DNA of 64,000 nt from Escherichia coli O157:H7 (GTDB taxonomy: Bacteria > Pseudomonadota > Gammaproteobacteria > Enterobacterales > Enterobacteriaceae). The first letter of the stretch is position 1, and the number at the start of each line of letters is the position of its first letter. The stretch lies in NCBI RefSeq assembly GCF_013167455.1, contig NZ_CP038328.1; one strand, written 5' to 3'. Under the pieces are notes generated by a model that was not told the DNA's origin, ran no database searches, and worked only from the letters and a program-made list of their open reading frames with translations. Shown here in pieces: positions 44,501 through 54,236 of this stretch. The position numbers and the translations under genes are program-made.

Positions 44501-45443
44501 TGTCTGGTGGGCAGAAACTACCTGGCAGATGCAGCGCCTGCGTGACAACCCGGAGTGTGCCGATCAGGAGCATCAGGCGAAATCAAACGACGCCGATCCG
44601 GGCCTGAATGTGAAACTGTCGTTTGATATCAACGAAGATGTGGCAGCACCGTATATTGCCACTGGCGCACGTCCGAAAGTTGCTGTGCTGCGTGAGCAGG
44701 GCGTGAACTCGCATGTTGAAATGGCGGCAGCTTTCCACCGTGCAGGCTTCGATGCTATCGACGTGCATATGAGCGACCTGCTGGCTGGACGCACGGGCCT
44801 GGAGGATTTCCACGCCCTGGTCGCGTGCGGTGGTTTCTCCTACGGTGATGTGCTGGGTGCCGGTGAAGGTTGGGCGAAGTCTATCCTGTTCAATGACCGT
44901 GTACGCGATGAGTTTGCAACCTTCTTCCACCGTCCGCAAACGCTGGCGCTGGGGGTATGTAACGGTTGCCAGATGATGTCTAATCTGCGTGAACTGATCC
45001 CAGGTAGTGAGTTGTGGCCACGTTTTGTGCGCAATACCTCCGATCGCTTTGAAGCGCGTTTCAGCTTGGTTGAAGTGACCCAAAGCCCGTCGCTGCTGTT
45101 GCAGGGGATGGTGGGCTCGCAAATGCCGATTGCTGTCTCTCATGGTGAAGGGCGCGTGGAAGTGCGTGATGCGGCGCATCTGGCGGCACTGGAAAGCAAA
45201 GGGCTGGTGGCACTGCGCTATGTCGATAACTTCGGCAAAGTCACTGAAACCTACCCGGCTAACCCGAACGGTTCTCCGAACGGTATTACGGCGGTCACGA
45301 CTGAAAGCGGTCGAGTCACCATTATGATGCCGCACCCGGAACGTGTTTTCCGTACTGTCAGCAACTCCTGGCATCCTGAAAACTGGGGCGAGGATGGCCC
45401 ATGGATGCGCATTTTCCGCAATGCACGTAAGCAGTTGGGGTAA
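41556..45443 (+). CDS. purL: Phosphoribosylformylglycinamidine synthase (FGAM synthase, large single-chain form)
   Basis: 1295 aa from ATG 41556 ([26 protein letters not shown]...); C-terminal glutamine amidotransferase domain (GVCNGCQ). Confidence 0.97.
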
Positions 45444-45467
45444 GCCGTCAAACTCATTGGTTTTGCA

Positions 45468-45499
45468 GCCCGGATGAGGCATTCACGCCGCATCCGGCA
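45468..45499. repeat. REP (repetitive extragenic palindromic) element
   Basis: gcccggatgaggcattcacgccgcatccggca, imperfect palindrome of REP type. Confidence 0.6.
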
Positions 45500-45518
45500 T
45501 TAAATACAACCGCTATTA

Positions 45519-45546
45519 TAAGCTCCCAACTTCGGGAGCTTTTTTG
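45519..45546 (+). terminator. Rho-independent terminator downstream of purL
   Basis: agctccc-aacttc-gggagct followed by ttttttg. Confidence 0.7.
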
Positions 45547-45642
45547 TGTCTGTAAATCACGACAATGGGTGGTTTACCGTGTCGCTTTCTGGCGACACTT
45601 AAATGATTGATTTTATTGTAATCTAATAAGTTTTTCTTAAGT

Positions 45643-45660
45643 TGTCTCTTTTTAGCGACA
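45643..45660 (+). promoter_or_regulatory. Candidate GlrR-type activator site (TGTC-N10-GACA) upstream of glmY
   Basis: tgtc-tctttttagc-gaca, about 100 nt upstream of the sigma54 promoter element. Confidence 0.4.
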
Positions 45661-45749
45661 CAGTGGCTGATTTACATTCAAATAGCGGGGAAGCCATAAA
45701 CCCCTCAAAGCAACGTATAATCAGTACGTTACCAAACTATTTTCTTTAT

Positions 45750-45766
45750 TGGCACAGTTACTGCAT
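45750..45766 (+). promoter_or_regulatory. Sigma54-type (-24/-12) promoter of glmY
   Basis: tggcac-agtta-ctgca-t matches TGGCAC-N5-TTGCA; the glmY 5' end follows about 12 nt downstream. An overlapping sigma70-like -10 (cataat) is also visible. Confidence 0.65.
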
Positions 45767-45776
45767 AATAGTAATC

Positions 45777-45960
45777 AGTGGCTCATTCACCGACTTATGT
45801 CAGCCCCTTCGGGACGTGCTACATAAAATTCGAATGACGCACAACAAGGTGCCTGCCGTCCAACTTCTGATATCAGCGTAGCTATATCAACCATCGGGCG
45901 AAACGTCGAGTTAGGCACCGCCTTATTCCATAACAAAGCCGGGTAATTCCCGGCTTTGTT
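45777..45960 (+). ncRNA. glmY: GlmY small regulatory RNA (184 nt)
   Basis: From AGTGGCTCATTCACCGACTTATGTCAGCCCCTTCGGGACG... to the terminator hairpin aaagccgggtaattcccggctttgtt; sits between purL and glrK. Confidence 0.8.
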
Positions 45961-46018
45961 GTATCTGAACTTCCCCTCGGTTAGCATCAGGCTATTCGCG
46001 TCTGACGAGAGTAACACC

Positions 46019-47446
46019 TTGAAACGCTGGCCCGTTTTTCCCCGCTCATTACGACAACTGGTAATGCTGGCATTTTTGCTGATTCTGCTGCCCCTGTTGG
46101 TGCTGGCATGGCAAGCCTGGCAAAGCCTGAATGCGCTTAGCGACCAGGCGGCGCTGGTCAACCGCACCACGCTTATCGATGCCCGGCGCAGCGAAGCAAT
46201 GACCAACGCGGCGCTGGAGATGGAGCGTAGCTACCGTCAGTATTGCGTGCTGGATGACCCTACGCTTGCGAAGGTTTATCAAAGCCAGCGCAAGCGTTAC
46301 AGCGAAATGCTCGATGCCCACGCAGGCGTACTGCCAGACGATAAACTTTACCAGGCATTGCGTCAGGACTTGAACAATCTGGCCCAACTTCAGTGCAACA
46401 ACAGTGGTCCCGATGCTGCTGCTGCCGCGCGTCTGGAAGCCTTTGCCAGTGCCAATACCGAAATGGTACAGGCCACGCGCACAGTAGTGTTCTCTCGTGG
46501 GCAGCAACTTCAGCGTGAAATCGCCGAACGTGGGCAATATTTTGGTTGGCAATCGCTGGTGCTATTTCTGGTGAGTCTGGTAATGGTACTGCTTTTCACG
46601 CGGATGATTATCGGGCCGGTGAAAAATATTGAACGGATGATCAATCGGTTGGGGGAAGGGCGTTCTCTGGGCAATAGCGTTTCGTTCAGTGGACCGAGCG
46701 AGTTACGCTCGGTTGGGCAACGTATTCTTTGGTTAAGTGAGCGCCTGTCATGGCTGGAATCCCAACGCCATCAATTTTTAAGACATTTATCTCATGAATT
46801 AAAAACGCCACTGGCGAGTATGCGCGAGGGCACTGAATTACTGGCTGATCAGGTTGTCGGGCCGCTTACGCCAGAGCAAAAAGAGGTGGTGAGCATTCTT
46901 GATAGCAGCAGCCGCAATTTGCAAAAACTGATCGAACAACTGCTTGATTACAACCGTAAACAGGCGGACAGTGCGGTGGAACTAGATAATGTTGAGTTAG
47001 CACCGCTGGTGGAGACAGTAGTTTCTGCTCATAGCCTGCCCGCACGGGCTAAAATGATGCATACCGACGTCGATCTCAAAGCAACAGCTTGCCTGGCGGA
47101 GCCAATGCTGCTGATGAGCGTACTGGATAATCTTTACTCCAATGCGGTGCACTACGGGGCTGAATCCGGTAACATTTGCCTTCGCAGCAGTTTACATGGT
47201 GCGCGGGTTTATATTGATGTCATCAATACAGGCACGCCCATTCCGCAAGAGGAACGCGCCATGATCTTCGAACCCTTTTTTCAGGGAAGCCACCAGCGAA
47301 AAGGGGCGGTGAAGGGCAGCGGTCTGGGATTAAGCATTGCCAGGGATTGTATTCGCCGTATGCAAGGGGAACTGTATCTGGTCGACGAGAGCGGGCAAGA
47401 CGTTTGTTTCCGCATTGAATTACCGTCGTCGAAAAACACGAAATAA
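46019..47446 (+). CDS. glrK: Two-component sensor histidine kinase GlrK (QseE)
   Basis: 475 aa if started at TTG 46019 (MKRWPVFPRSLRQLVMLAFLLILL...); HAMP, HisKA H-box (LSHELKTPLAS) and HATPase domains. Start inferred. Confidence 0.85.
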   Translation: MKRWPVFPRSLRQLVMLAFLLILLPLLVLAWQAWQSLNALSDQAALVNRTTLIDARRSEAMTNAALEMERSYRQYCVLDDPTLAKVYQSQRKRYSEMLDAHAGVLPDDKLYQALRQDLNNLAQLQCNNSGPDAAAAARLEAFASANTEMVQATRTVVFSRGQQLQREIAERGQYFGWQSLVLFLVSLVMVLLFTRMIIGPVKNIERMINRLGEGRSLGNSVSFSGPSELRSVGQRILWLSERLSWLESQRHQFLRHLSHELKTPLASMREGTELLADQVVGPLTPEQKEVVSILDSSSRNLQKLIEQLLDYNRKQADSAVELDNVELAPLVETVVSAHSLPARAKMMHTDVDLKATACLAEPMLLMSVLDNLYSNAVHYGAESGNICLRSSLHGARVYIDVINTGTPIPQEERAMIFEPFFQGSHQRKGAVKGSGLGLSIARDCIRRMQGELYLVDESGQDVCFRIELPSSKNTK

Positions 47447-47610
47447 TGCTAACAGCCTATCCCATCAGGCTATTTTATTTGTCAGTTCGGCCCCGGGCAG
47501 TGCTCGAAATCCTCACGTACGACATGTACGCTCCGGTTTCTCCGCGCTGTCCATGTCCAAACTGTCTGCAACAATTACGCCCACTGGGATAGGCTTTAAG
47601 TCTGGTGAAT

Positions 47611-48324
47611 ATGCGACACATTTTTCAACGATTATTGCCCCGACGGCTGTGGCTGGCAGGGCTGCCATGTCTGGCATTGCTAGGTTGCGTGCAGAATCAC
47701 AATAAGCCAGCCATTGATACGCCAGCAGAAGAAAAAATTCCGGTTTATCAACTGGCTGACTATCTTTCTACTGAATGTAGCGACATCTGGGCGCTGCAAG
47801 GTAAATCAACCGAAACCAATCCGCTTTACTGGCTGCGGGCGATGGATTGTGCTGATCGTTTAATGCCTGCGCAGTCGCGTCAGCAAGCTCGCCAATATGA
47901 CGACGGCAGCTGGCAAAATACCTTTAAACAAGGGATTTTGCTCGCCGACGCCAAAATTACGCCATATGAGCGCCGCCAGCTGGTCGCGCGTATTGAAGCG
48001 TTAAGTACCGAGATCCCGGCACAGGTTCGCCCACTGTATCAACTCTGGCGCGACGGTCAGGCGCTGCAACTGCAACTGGCGGAAGAGCGCCAACGCTACA
48101 GTAAACTCCAGCAGTCCAGCGACAGCGAGCTGGATACATTGCGCCAGCAACATCACGTTCTACAGCAGCAACTGGAACTCACCACCCGCAAGCTGGAAAA
48201 CCTGACTGATATTGAACGCCAGCTCTCGACCCGCAAACCGGCTGGAAATTTCTCGCCGGATACGCCACACGAGAGTGAAAAGCCCGCGCCATCCACCCAT
48301 GAGGTCACTCCTGATGAGCCATAA
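47611..48324 (+). CDS. qseG: Lipoprotein QseG/YfhG, accessory to the GlrK-GlrR system
   Basis: 237 aa from ATG 47611 (MRHIFQRLLPRRLWLAGLPCLALLGCVQ...); lipobox; Gln-rich coiled-coil-like C-terminus. Confidence 0.8.
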   Translation: MRHIFQRLLPRRLWLAGLPCLALLGCVQNHNKPAIDTPAEEKIPVYQLADYLSTECSDIWALQGKSTETNPLYWLRAMDCADRLMPAQSRQQARQYDDGSWQNTFKQGILLADAKITPYERRQLVARIEALSTEIPAQVRPLYQLWRDGQALQLQLAEERQRYSKLQQSSDSELDTLRQQHHVLQQQLELTTRKLENLTDIERQLSTRKPAGNFSPDTPHESEKPAPSTHEVTPDEP

Positions 48325-49648
48325 ACCTGCGCATTTATTATTGGTCGATGACGATCCGGGATTGCTGAAACTGCTTGGCCTGCGCCTGACCAGCGAAGGC
48401 TACAGCGTGGTCACGGCGGAAAGTGGCGCTGAAGGATTACGGGTACTGAATCGCGAAAAAGTAGATTTAGTCATCAGCGACCTGCGGATGGATGAAATGG
48501 ACGGTATGCAGCTGTTTGCTGAAATCCAGAAAGTGCAGCCGGGAATGCCGGTAATTATTCTTACCGCGCATGGTTCTATTCCCGATGCCGTTGCTGCAAC
48601 ACAGCAGGGCGTTTTTAGTTTCCTCACCAAGCCTGTTGATAAAGACGCGCTATATCAGGCAATTGATGATGCGCTGGAACAATCCGCGCCAGCCACCGAC
48701 GAACGCTGGCGCGAGGCGATTGTCACCCGCAGCCCGCTGATGCTGCGTTTGCTGGAACAGGCGCGGCTGGTGGCGCAATCAGACGTCAGCGTTTTGATTA
48801 ATGGCCAGAGCGGCACCGGGAAAGAGATTTTCGCCCAGGCTATCCACAACGCCAGCCCGCGCAATAGCAAACCATTTATTGCTATTAACTGTGGTGCATT
48901 GCCTGAGCAATTGCTGGAGTCGGAGCTGTTTGGTCATGCGCGTGGCGCGTTTACTGGCGCTGTCAGCAATCGCGAAGGTTTATTCCAGGCGGCGGAAGGC
49001 GGAACGCTATTTCTCGATGAGATTGGCGATATGCCTGCGCCGTTGCAGGTCAAACTGTTGCGCGTGTTGCAGGAGCGTAAAGTGCGCCCGCTGGGCAGTA
49101 ACCGCGATATTGATATCAATGTGCGGATTATTTCTGCCACTCACCGTGATCTGCCAAAAGCGATGGCGCGCGGGGAATTCCGCGAAGATCTCTATTACCG
49201 CCTCAACGTTGTCAGCCTGAAAATTCCGGCACTGGCGGAGCGCACAGAAGACATTCCGCTACTGGCAAATCACCTGTTGCGCCAGGCGGCAGAGCGACAT
49301 AAACCGTTTGTCCGCGCGTTTTCCACCGATGCGATGAAACGCCTGATGACCGCGAGCTGGCCGGGTAATGTGCGCCAGTTGGTCAACGTGATTGAACAGT
49401 GCGTGGCGCTGACCTCATCTCCGGTGATTAGCGATGCATTAGTAGAGCAGGCGCTGGAGGGTGAAAATACGGCGCTGCCAACCTTTGTTGAGGCACGTAA
49501 TCAGTTTGAACTCAACTATTTGCGTAAGCTGCTGCAAATTACCAAAGGCAACGTCACCCACGCGGCGAGAATGGCGGGGCGCAACCGGACAGAATTTTAT
49601 AAACTGCTTTCCCGACACGAGCTGGATGCAAACGATTTCAAGGAATGA
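48314..49648 (+). CDS. glrR: Sigma54-dependent response regulator GlrR (QseF)
   Basis: 444 aa from ATG 48314 ([16 protein letters not shown]...); receiver, AAA+ sigma54-interaction (GESGTGKE, GAFTGA) and C-terminal HTH domains; start overlaps qseG by 11 nt. Confidence 0.9.
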   Translation: MSHKPAHLLLVDDDPGLLKLLGLRLTSEGYSVVTAESGAEGLRVLNREKVDLVISDLRMDEMDGMQLFAEIQKVQPGMPVIILTAHGSIPDAVAATQQGVFSFLTKPVDKDALYQAIDDALEQSAPATDERWREAIVTRSPLMLRLLEQARLVAQSDVSVLINGQSGTGKEIFAQAIHNASPRNSKPFIAINCGALPEQLLESELFGHARGAFTGAVSNREGLFQAAEGGTLFLDEIGDMPAPLQVKLLRVLQERKVRPLGSNRDIDINVRIISATHRDLPKAMARGEFREDLYYRLNVVSLKIPALAERTEDIPLLANHLLRQAAERHKPFVRAFSTDAMKRLMTASWPGNVRQLVNVIEQCVALTSSPVISDALVEQALEGENTALPTFVEARNQFELNYLRKLLQITKGNVTHAARMAGRNRTEFYKLLSRHELDANDFKE

Positions 49649-49672
49649 ATTGGCGTTATGTGTTACGTTTAG

Positions 49673-50047
<375 letters not shown>

Positions 50048-50057
50048 ACCGCGTCAA

Positions 50058-50088
50058 GGGTTGCCGGATGTTTCCATCCGGCAACATC
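50058..50088. terminator. Bidirectional terminator between convergent glnB and hmp
   Basis: ttgccggatg-tttc-catccggcaa hairpin. Confidence 0.65.
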
Positions 50089-50091
50089 AAA

Positions 50092-51282
50092 TCACAGCAC
50101 CTTATGCGGGCCAAAGCATTCGTAATGAATGTTTTCCTGCTTCACGCCCAGATCCACTAACTGTTTCGCGGCAAACTGCATGAAGCCAACCGGGCCGCAG
50201 AGATAGAACTGCATTGTCGGATCGCTGAACGCACCTTCCAGTTTGCTCAAATCCATCAGACCTTCGCTATCAAACTGACCTTTAGCGCGATCGGCTTCGC
50301 TCGGCTGACGATACCAGGTGTGCGCGGTAAAGCGCGGCAGTGACTGCCCCAGTTCCTTAACTTCATCGGCAAAGGCGTGAACATCGCCATTTTCTGCCGC
50401 ATGGAACCAGTTCACTTGTGCTGTGTGGCCTGCTTTTGCCAGCGTGTCGAGCATTGCCAGCATTGGCGTTTGACCAACACCGGCAGAGATTAACGTCACT
50501 GGTGTGTCATCTGCGACAGCCATAAAGAAATCACCTGCCGGAGCGACCAGTTTCACGACATCGCCAACATTGGCGTGATTGTGCAACCAGTTGGATACCT
50601 GCCCACCCTCTTCGCGTTTCACCGCAATACGATAGCCTTTGCCATCCGGTTTGCGAGTCAAAGAGTACTGACGAATTTCCTGATGCGGGAAACCTTCCGG
50701 CTTCAGCCAGACGCCGAGATATTGCCCCGGACGGTATTCTGCCACTGCGCCACCGTCGACCGGCTCCAGTTCGAAGCTGGTGATAAGCGCGCTGCGAGGT
50801 GTTTTAGCCACAATGCGGAAATCGCGAGTACCTTCCCAGCCACCGGCTTTGCTGGCGTTTTCGTTATAGATTTCCGCCTCGCGATTGATAAATACATTAG
50901 CCAGTACACCATAGGCTTTACCCCACGCGTCCAGCACTTCCTGCCCCGGGCTGAACATTTCGTCCAGCGTTGCCAACAGGTGTTCACCGACGATGTTGTA
51001 CTGTTCCGGTTTGATCTGGAAACTGGTGTGCTTCTGCGCGATTTTTTCTACCGCTGGCAGCAGCGCAGGCAGGTTTTCAATATTACTGGCGTAGGCGGCA
51101 ATAGCGTTAAACAGGGCTTCACGTTGATCGCCATTACGCTGGTTACTCATGTTAAAAATTTCTTTGAGTTCTGGGTTATGAGTAAACATACGGTCGTAGA
51201 AATGGGCGGTTAACTTTGGCCCCGTTTCCACCAGTAAAGGGATGGTGGCTTTTACTGTAGCGATGGTTTGAGCGTCAAGCAT
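50092..51282 (-). CDS. hmp: Flavohemoprotein (nitric oxide dioxygenase)
   Basis: 396 aa from ATG 51280..51282 ([17 protein letters not shown]...); globin domain plus FAD/NAD-binding reductase domain. Confidence 0.95.
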
Positions 51283-51302
51283 ATGGTCTTCCTTTTTTTG
51301 CA

Positions 51303-51330
51303 TCTTAATTGATGTATCTCAAATGCATCT
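51303..51330 (-). promoter_or_regulatory. NsrR-type operator overlapping the hmp promoter
   Basis: Minus strand reads agatgcatttgagatacatcaattaaga, containing an inverted repeat of NsrR-box type (AAGATGCATTT...AAATACATCTT-like), directly upstream of hmp. Confidence 0.55.
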
Positions 51331-51475
51331 TATAAAAAATAGCCCTGCAATGTAAATGGTTCTTTGGTGTTTTTCAGAAAGAATGTGATGAAGTGAAAAA
51401 TTTGCATCACAAACCTGAAAAGAAATCCGTTTCCGGTTGCAAGCTCTTTATTCTCCAAAGCCTTGCGTAGCCTGA

Positions 51476-51491
51476 AGGTAATCGTTTGCGT
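51476..51491 (+). promoter_or_regulatory. Candidate PurR box in the glyA control region
   Basis: aggtaatcgtttgcgt (reverse complement acgcaaacgattacct) resembles the PUR-box consensus. Confidence 0.45.
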
Positions 51492-51609
51492 AAATTCCTT
51501 TGTCAAGACCTGTTATCGCACAATGATTCGGTTATACTGTTCGCCGTTGTCCAACAGGACCGCCTATAAAGGCCAAAAATTTTATTGTTAGCTGAGTCAG
51601 GAGATGCGG

Positions 51610-52863
51610 ATGTTAAAGCGTGAAATGAACATTGCCGATTATGATGCCGAACTGTGGCAGGCTATGGAGCAGGAAAAAGTACGTCAGGAAGAGCACATCG
51701 AACTGATCGCCTCCGAAAACTACACCAGCCCGCGCGTAATGCAGGCGCAGGGTTCTCAGCTGACCAACAAATATGCTGAAGGTTATCCGGGCAAACGCTA
51801 CTACGGTGGTTGCGAGTATGTTGATATCGTTGAACAACTGGCGATCGATCGTGCGAAAGAACTGTTCGGCGCTGACTACGCTAACGTCCAGCCGCACTCC
51901 GGCTCCCAGGCTAACTTTGCGGTCTACACCGCGCTGCTGGAACCAGGTGATACCGTTCTGGGTATGAACCTGGCGCATGGCGGTCACCTGACTCACGGTT
52001 CTCCGGTTAACTTCTCCGGTAAACTGTACAACATTGTTCCTTACGGTATTGATGCTACCGGTCATATCGACTACGCCGATCTGGAAAAACAAGCCAAAGA
52101 ACACAAACCGAAAATGATTATCGGTGGCTTCTCTGCATATTCCGGCGTGGTGGACTGGGCGAAAATGCGTGAAATCGCTGACAGCATCGGCGCTTACCTG
52201 TTCGTTGATATGGCGCACGTTGCGGGCCTGGTTGCTGCTGGCGTCTACCCGAACCCGGTTCCTCATGCTCACGTTGTTACTACCACCACTCACAAAACCC
52301 TGGCGGGTCCGCGCGGCGGTCTGATCCTGGCGAAAGGTGGTAGCGAAGAGCTGTACAAAAAACTGAACTCTGCCGTTTTCCCTGGTGGTCAGGGCGGTCC
52401 GTTGATGCACGTAATCGCCGGTAAAGCGGTTGCTCTGAAAGAAGCGATGGAGCCTGAGTTCAAAACTTACCAGCAGCAGGTCGCTAAAAACGCTAAAGCG
52501 ATGGTAGAAGTGTTCCTGGAACGCGGCTACAAAGTGGTTTCCGGCGGTACTGATAACCATCTGTTCCTGGTTGATCTGGTCGATAAAAACCTGACCGGTA
52601 AAGAAGCAGACGCCGCTCTGGGCCGTGCTAACATCACCGTCAACAAAAACAGCGTACCGAACGATCCGAAGAGCCCGTTTGTGACCTCCGGTATTCGCGT
52701 GGGTACTCCGGCAATTACGCGTCGCGGCTTCAAAGAAGTAGAAGCGAAAGAACTGGCTGGCTGGATGTGTGACGTGCTGGACAGCATCAATGATGAAGCC
52801 GTTATCGAGCGCATCAAAGGTAAAGTTCTCGACATCTGCGCACGTTACCCGGTTTACGCATAA
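51610..52863 (+). CDS. glyA: Serine hydroxymethyltransferase
   Basis: 417 aa from ATG 51610 ([22 protein letters not shown]...); PLP-lysine motif [14 protein letters not shown]. Confidence 0.97.
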   Translation: MLKREMNIADYDAELWQAMEQEKVRQEEHIELIASENYTSPRVMQAQGSQLTNKYAEGYPGKRYYGGCEYVDIVEQLAIDRAKELFGADYANVQPHSGSQANFAVYTALLEPGDTVLGMNLAHGGHLTHGSPVNFSGKLYNIVPYGIDATGHIDYADLEKQAKEHKPKMIIGGFSAYSGVVDWAKMREIADSIGAYLFVDMAHVAGLVAAGVYPNPVPHAHVVTTTTHKTLAGPRGGLILAKGGSEELYKKLNSAVFPGGQGGPLMHVIAGKAVALKEAMEPEFKTYQQQVAKNAKAMVEVFLERGYKVVSGGTDNHLFLVDLVDKNLTGKEADAALGRANITVNKNSVPNDPKSPFVTSGIRVGTPAITRRGFKEVEAKELAGWMCDVLDSINDEAVIERIKGKVLDICARYPVYA

Positions 52864-52884
52864 GCGAAACGGTTAATCTGTTGA

Positions 52885-52912
52885 AAAAGGCTTCCTTCGG
52901 GAAGCCTTTCTA
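52885..52912. terminator. Bidirectional terminator between convergent glyA and yphH
   Basis: aaaaggcttcc-ttcg-ggaagccttt hairpin. Confidence 0.7.
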
Positions 52913-52925
52913 CGTTATCGCGCCA

Positions 52926-54119
52926 TCAAATCTGTCGTAACTGCGTCTCAACATACAAATAGCCAATTCCCAGCACCTGTTGTGCGCGGCTTAATTGCCC
53001 GAAGCCAATTTGCGTCGCTTTCACGCTCGGTCCTTCGTCGCGGTCGAACGGGTTAAATCCTGTCTGGCGAATAATAGTATTAAGCCAGTGCTCACCAAAG
53101 GCACAACTGCGACCGTACAACCAAATCTGATTAATATTGAGGATGTTGAGGAAGTTATACAGACTCAAACCAATGGCATTGGCAGAGCGATCAACCCAGC
53201 TGGTGATCCACGGTTCTCCACTTTGCCAGGCAGCGATTAACTGCGCTGTAGTCAGTTTTTCAGGATCAAGCTGAGTATTAACCGGTTGTGATTTTAGCCA
53301 TACCCGCGCCTGTTTTTTTAATGCACTTAACGAGGCGACGGTTTCCAGGCAGCCGTAACGTCCACAGTCGCAGACGACGCCATCCGGATTAACGATGGTG
53401 TGACCAATCTGTCCGCTACCATACAAACTGCCGCGATAAATTTGCTCGTTAATCACGAACGACGAGCCAATGCCGTAATCAACGTTGATCACGCAGAAAT
53501 CCCGTTCCTGCGAATTATTTTGCCATTTTTCCGCCAGCGCCAGCATCACGCAGTCATTATCGACCATCACCCGAATGCCCAGCTTCTCTTCCAGCAGATA
53601 CTTCACCTCAACCGGCGTTGTCCACGGCGCTTGCGGCATGGTTTGCGACACTCCAGTCACTGGATCAACCTGACCGTGGATTGCCAGCGCCAGATTGATG
53701 GTGCGGTCCGGCCACAATTTACGGTGGCGATGCCAGCATTTTTCGATTTCGGACAGCAGCGCCTGCGGCGTCGGTGCATCAATCTGTAAATACTCAAATT
53801 CACCTTTCGGACTTAAACAAGCATTAGCAACCTGACACTCAATACTGGTGGGCGTCACGTTCAGACACAGCGTCCAGTCACCTTCCGGCGCAATCAGCCA
53901 TGTACCGCTACTATGCCCGCGCGTCTGGCTTTCATCGTCGATATTCACCACCCGTTTTTCGCTTTCCAGTTCCTGCAAAATATTACTGACTGCCGGAATC
54001 GAAATTTGCGCCAGCCGGGCCAGCGTTGATTTATTGGCGCGCTTTTGCCGGTACAGCAGTTCCAGAATCACGCATTTGTTATGGTGGCGAATCTGTTGAT
54101 TGTTAATGCAGGCTCTCAT
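52926..54119 (-). CDS. yphH: ROK-family (NagC/XylR-like) transcriptional regulator
   Basis: About 397 aa from ATG 54117..54119 (the frame opens 2 codons earlier at a GTG); N-terminal HTH, ROK sugar-kinase-like fold. Confidence 0.8.
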   Translation of the reverse strand: MRACINNQQIRHHNKCVILELLYRQKRANKSTLARLAQISIPAVSNILQELESEKRVVNIDDESQTRGHSSGTWLIAPEGDWTLCLNVTPTSIECQVANACLSPKGEFEYLQIDAPTPQALLSEIEKCWHRHRKLWPDRTINLALAIHGQVDPVTGVSQTMPQAPWTTPVEVKYLLEEKLGIRVMVDNDCVMLALAEKWQNNSQERDFCVINVDYGIGSSFVINEQIYRGSLYGSGQIGHTIVNPDGVVCDCGRYGCLETVASLSALKKQARVWLKSQPVNTQLDPEKLTTAQLIAAWQSGEPWITSWVDRSANAIGLSLYNFLNILNINQIWLYGRSCAFGEHWLNTIIRQTGFNPFDRDEGPSVKATQIGFGQLSRAQQVLGIGYLYVETQLRQI

Positions 54120-54236
54120 CTTCACTAAACCTTGTTTAGTTAATTGCGTGATTATTCCGCGAAAACATTGCCAGATTGTTCAATACACTGCCACAAATCT
54201 TTTAATTCAGTATGTCTTGTTAATATTGAGGGCACC

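Noticed and set aside
41982-45482. Long antisense ORFs inside purL (41982..42833, 43713..44573, 44583..45482; 283 to 299 aa).
   Set aside because: Opposite strand of a 1295-aa gene; low-complexity Arg/Ala-rich translations; a known artefact of GC-rich codon usage.
50575-52560. Antisense ORFs within hmp (50575..51213, plus strand) and glyA (51613..52560, minus strand).
   Set aside because: Each overlaps a highly conserved gene on the opposite strand, with no start context or motifs.
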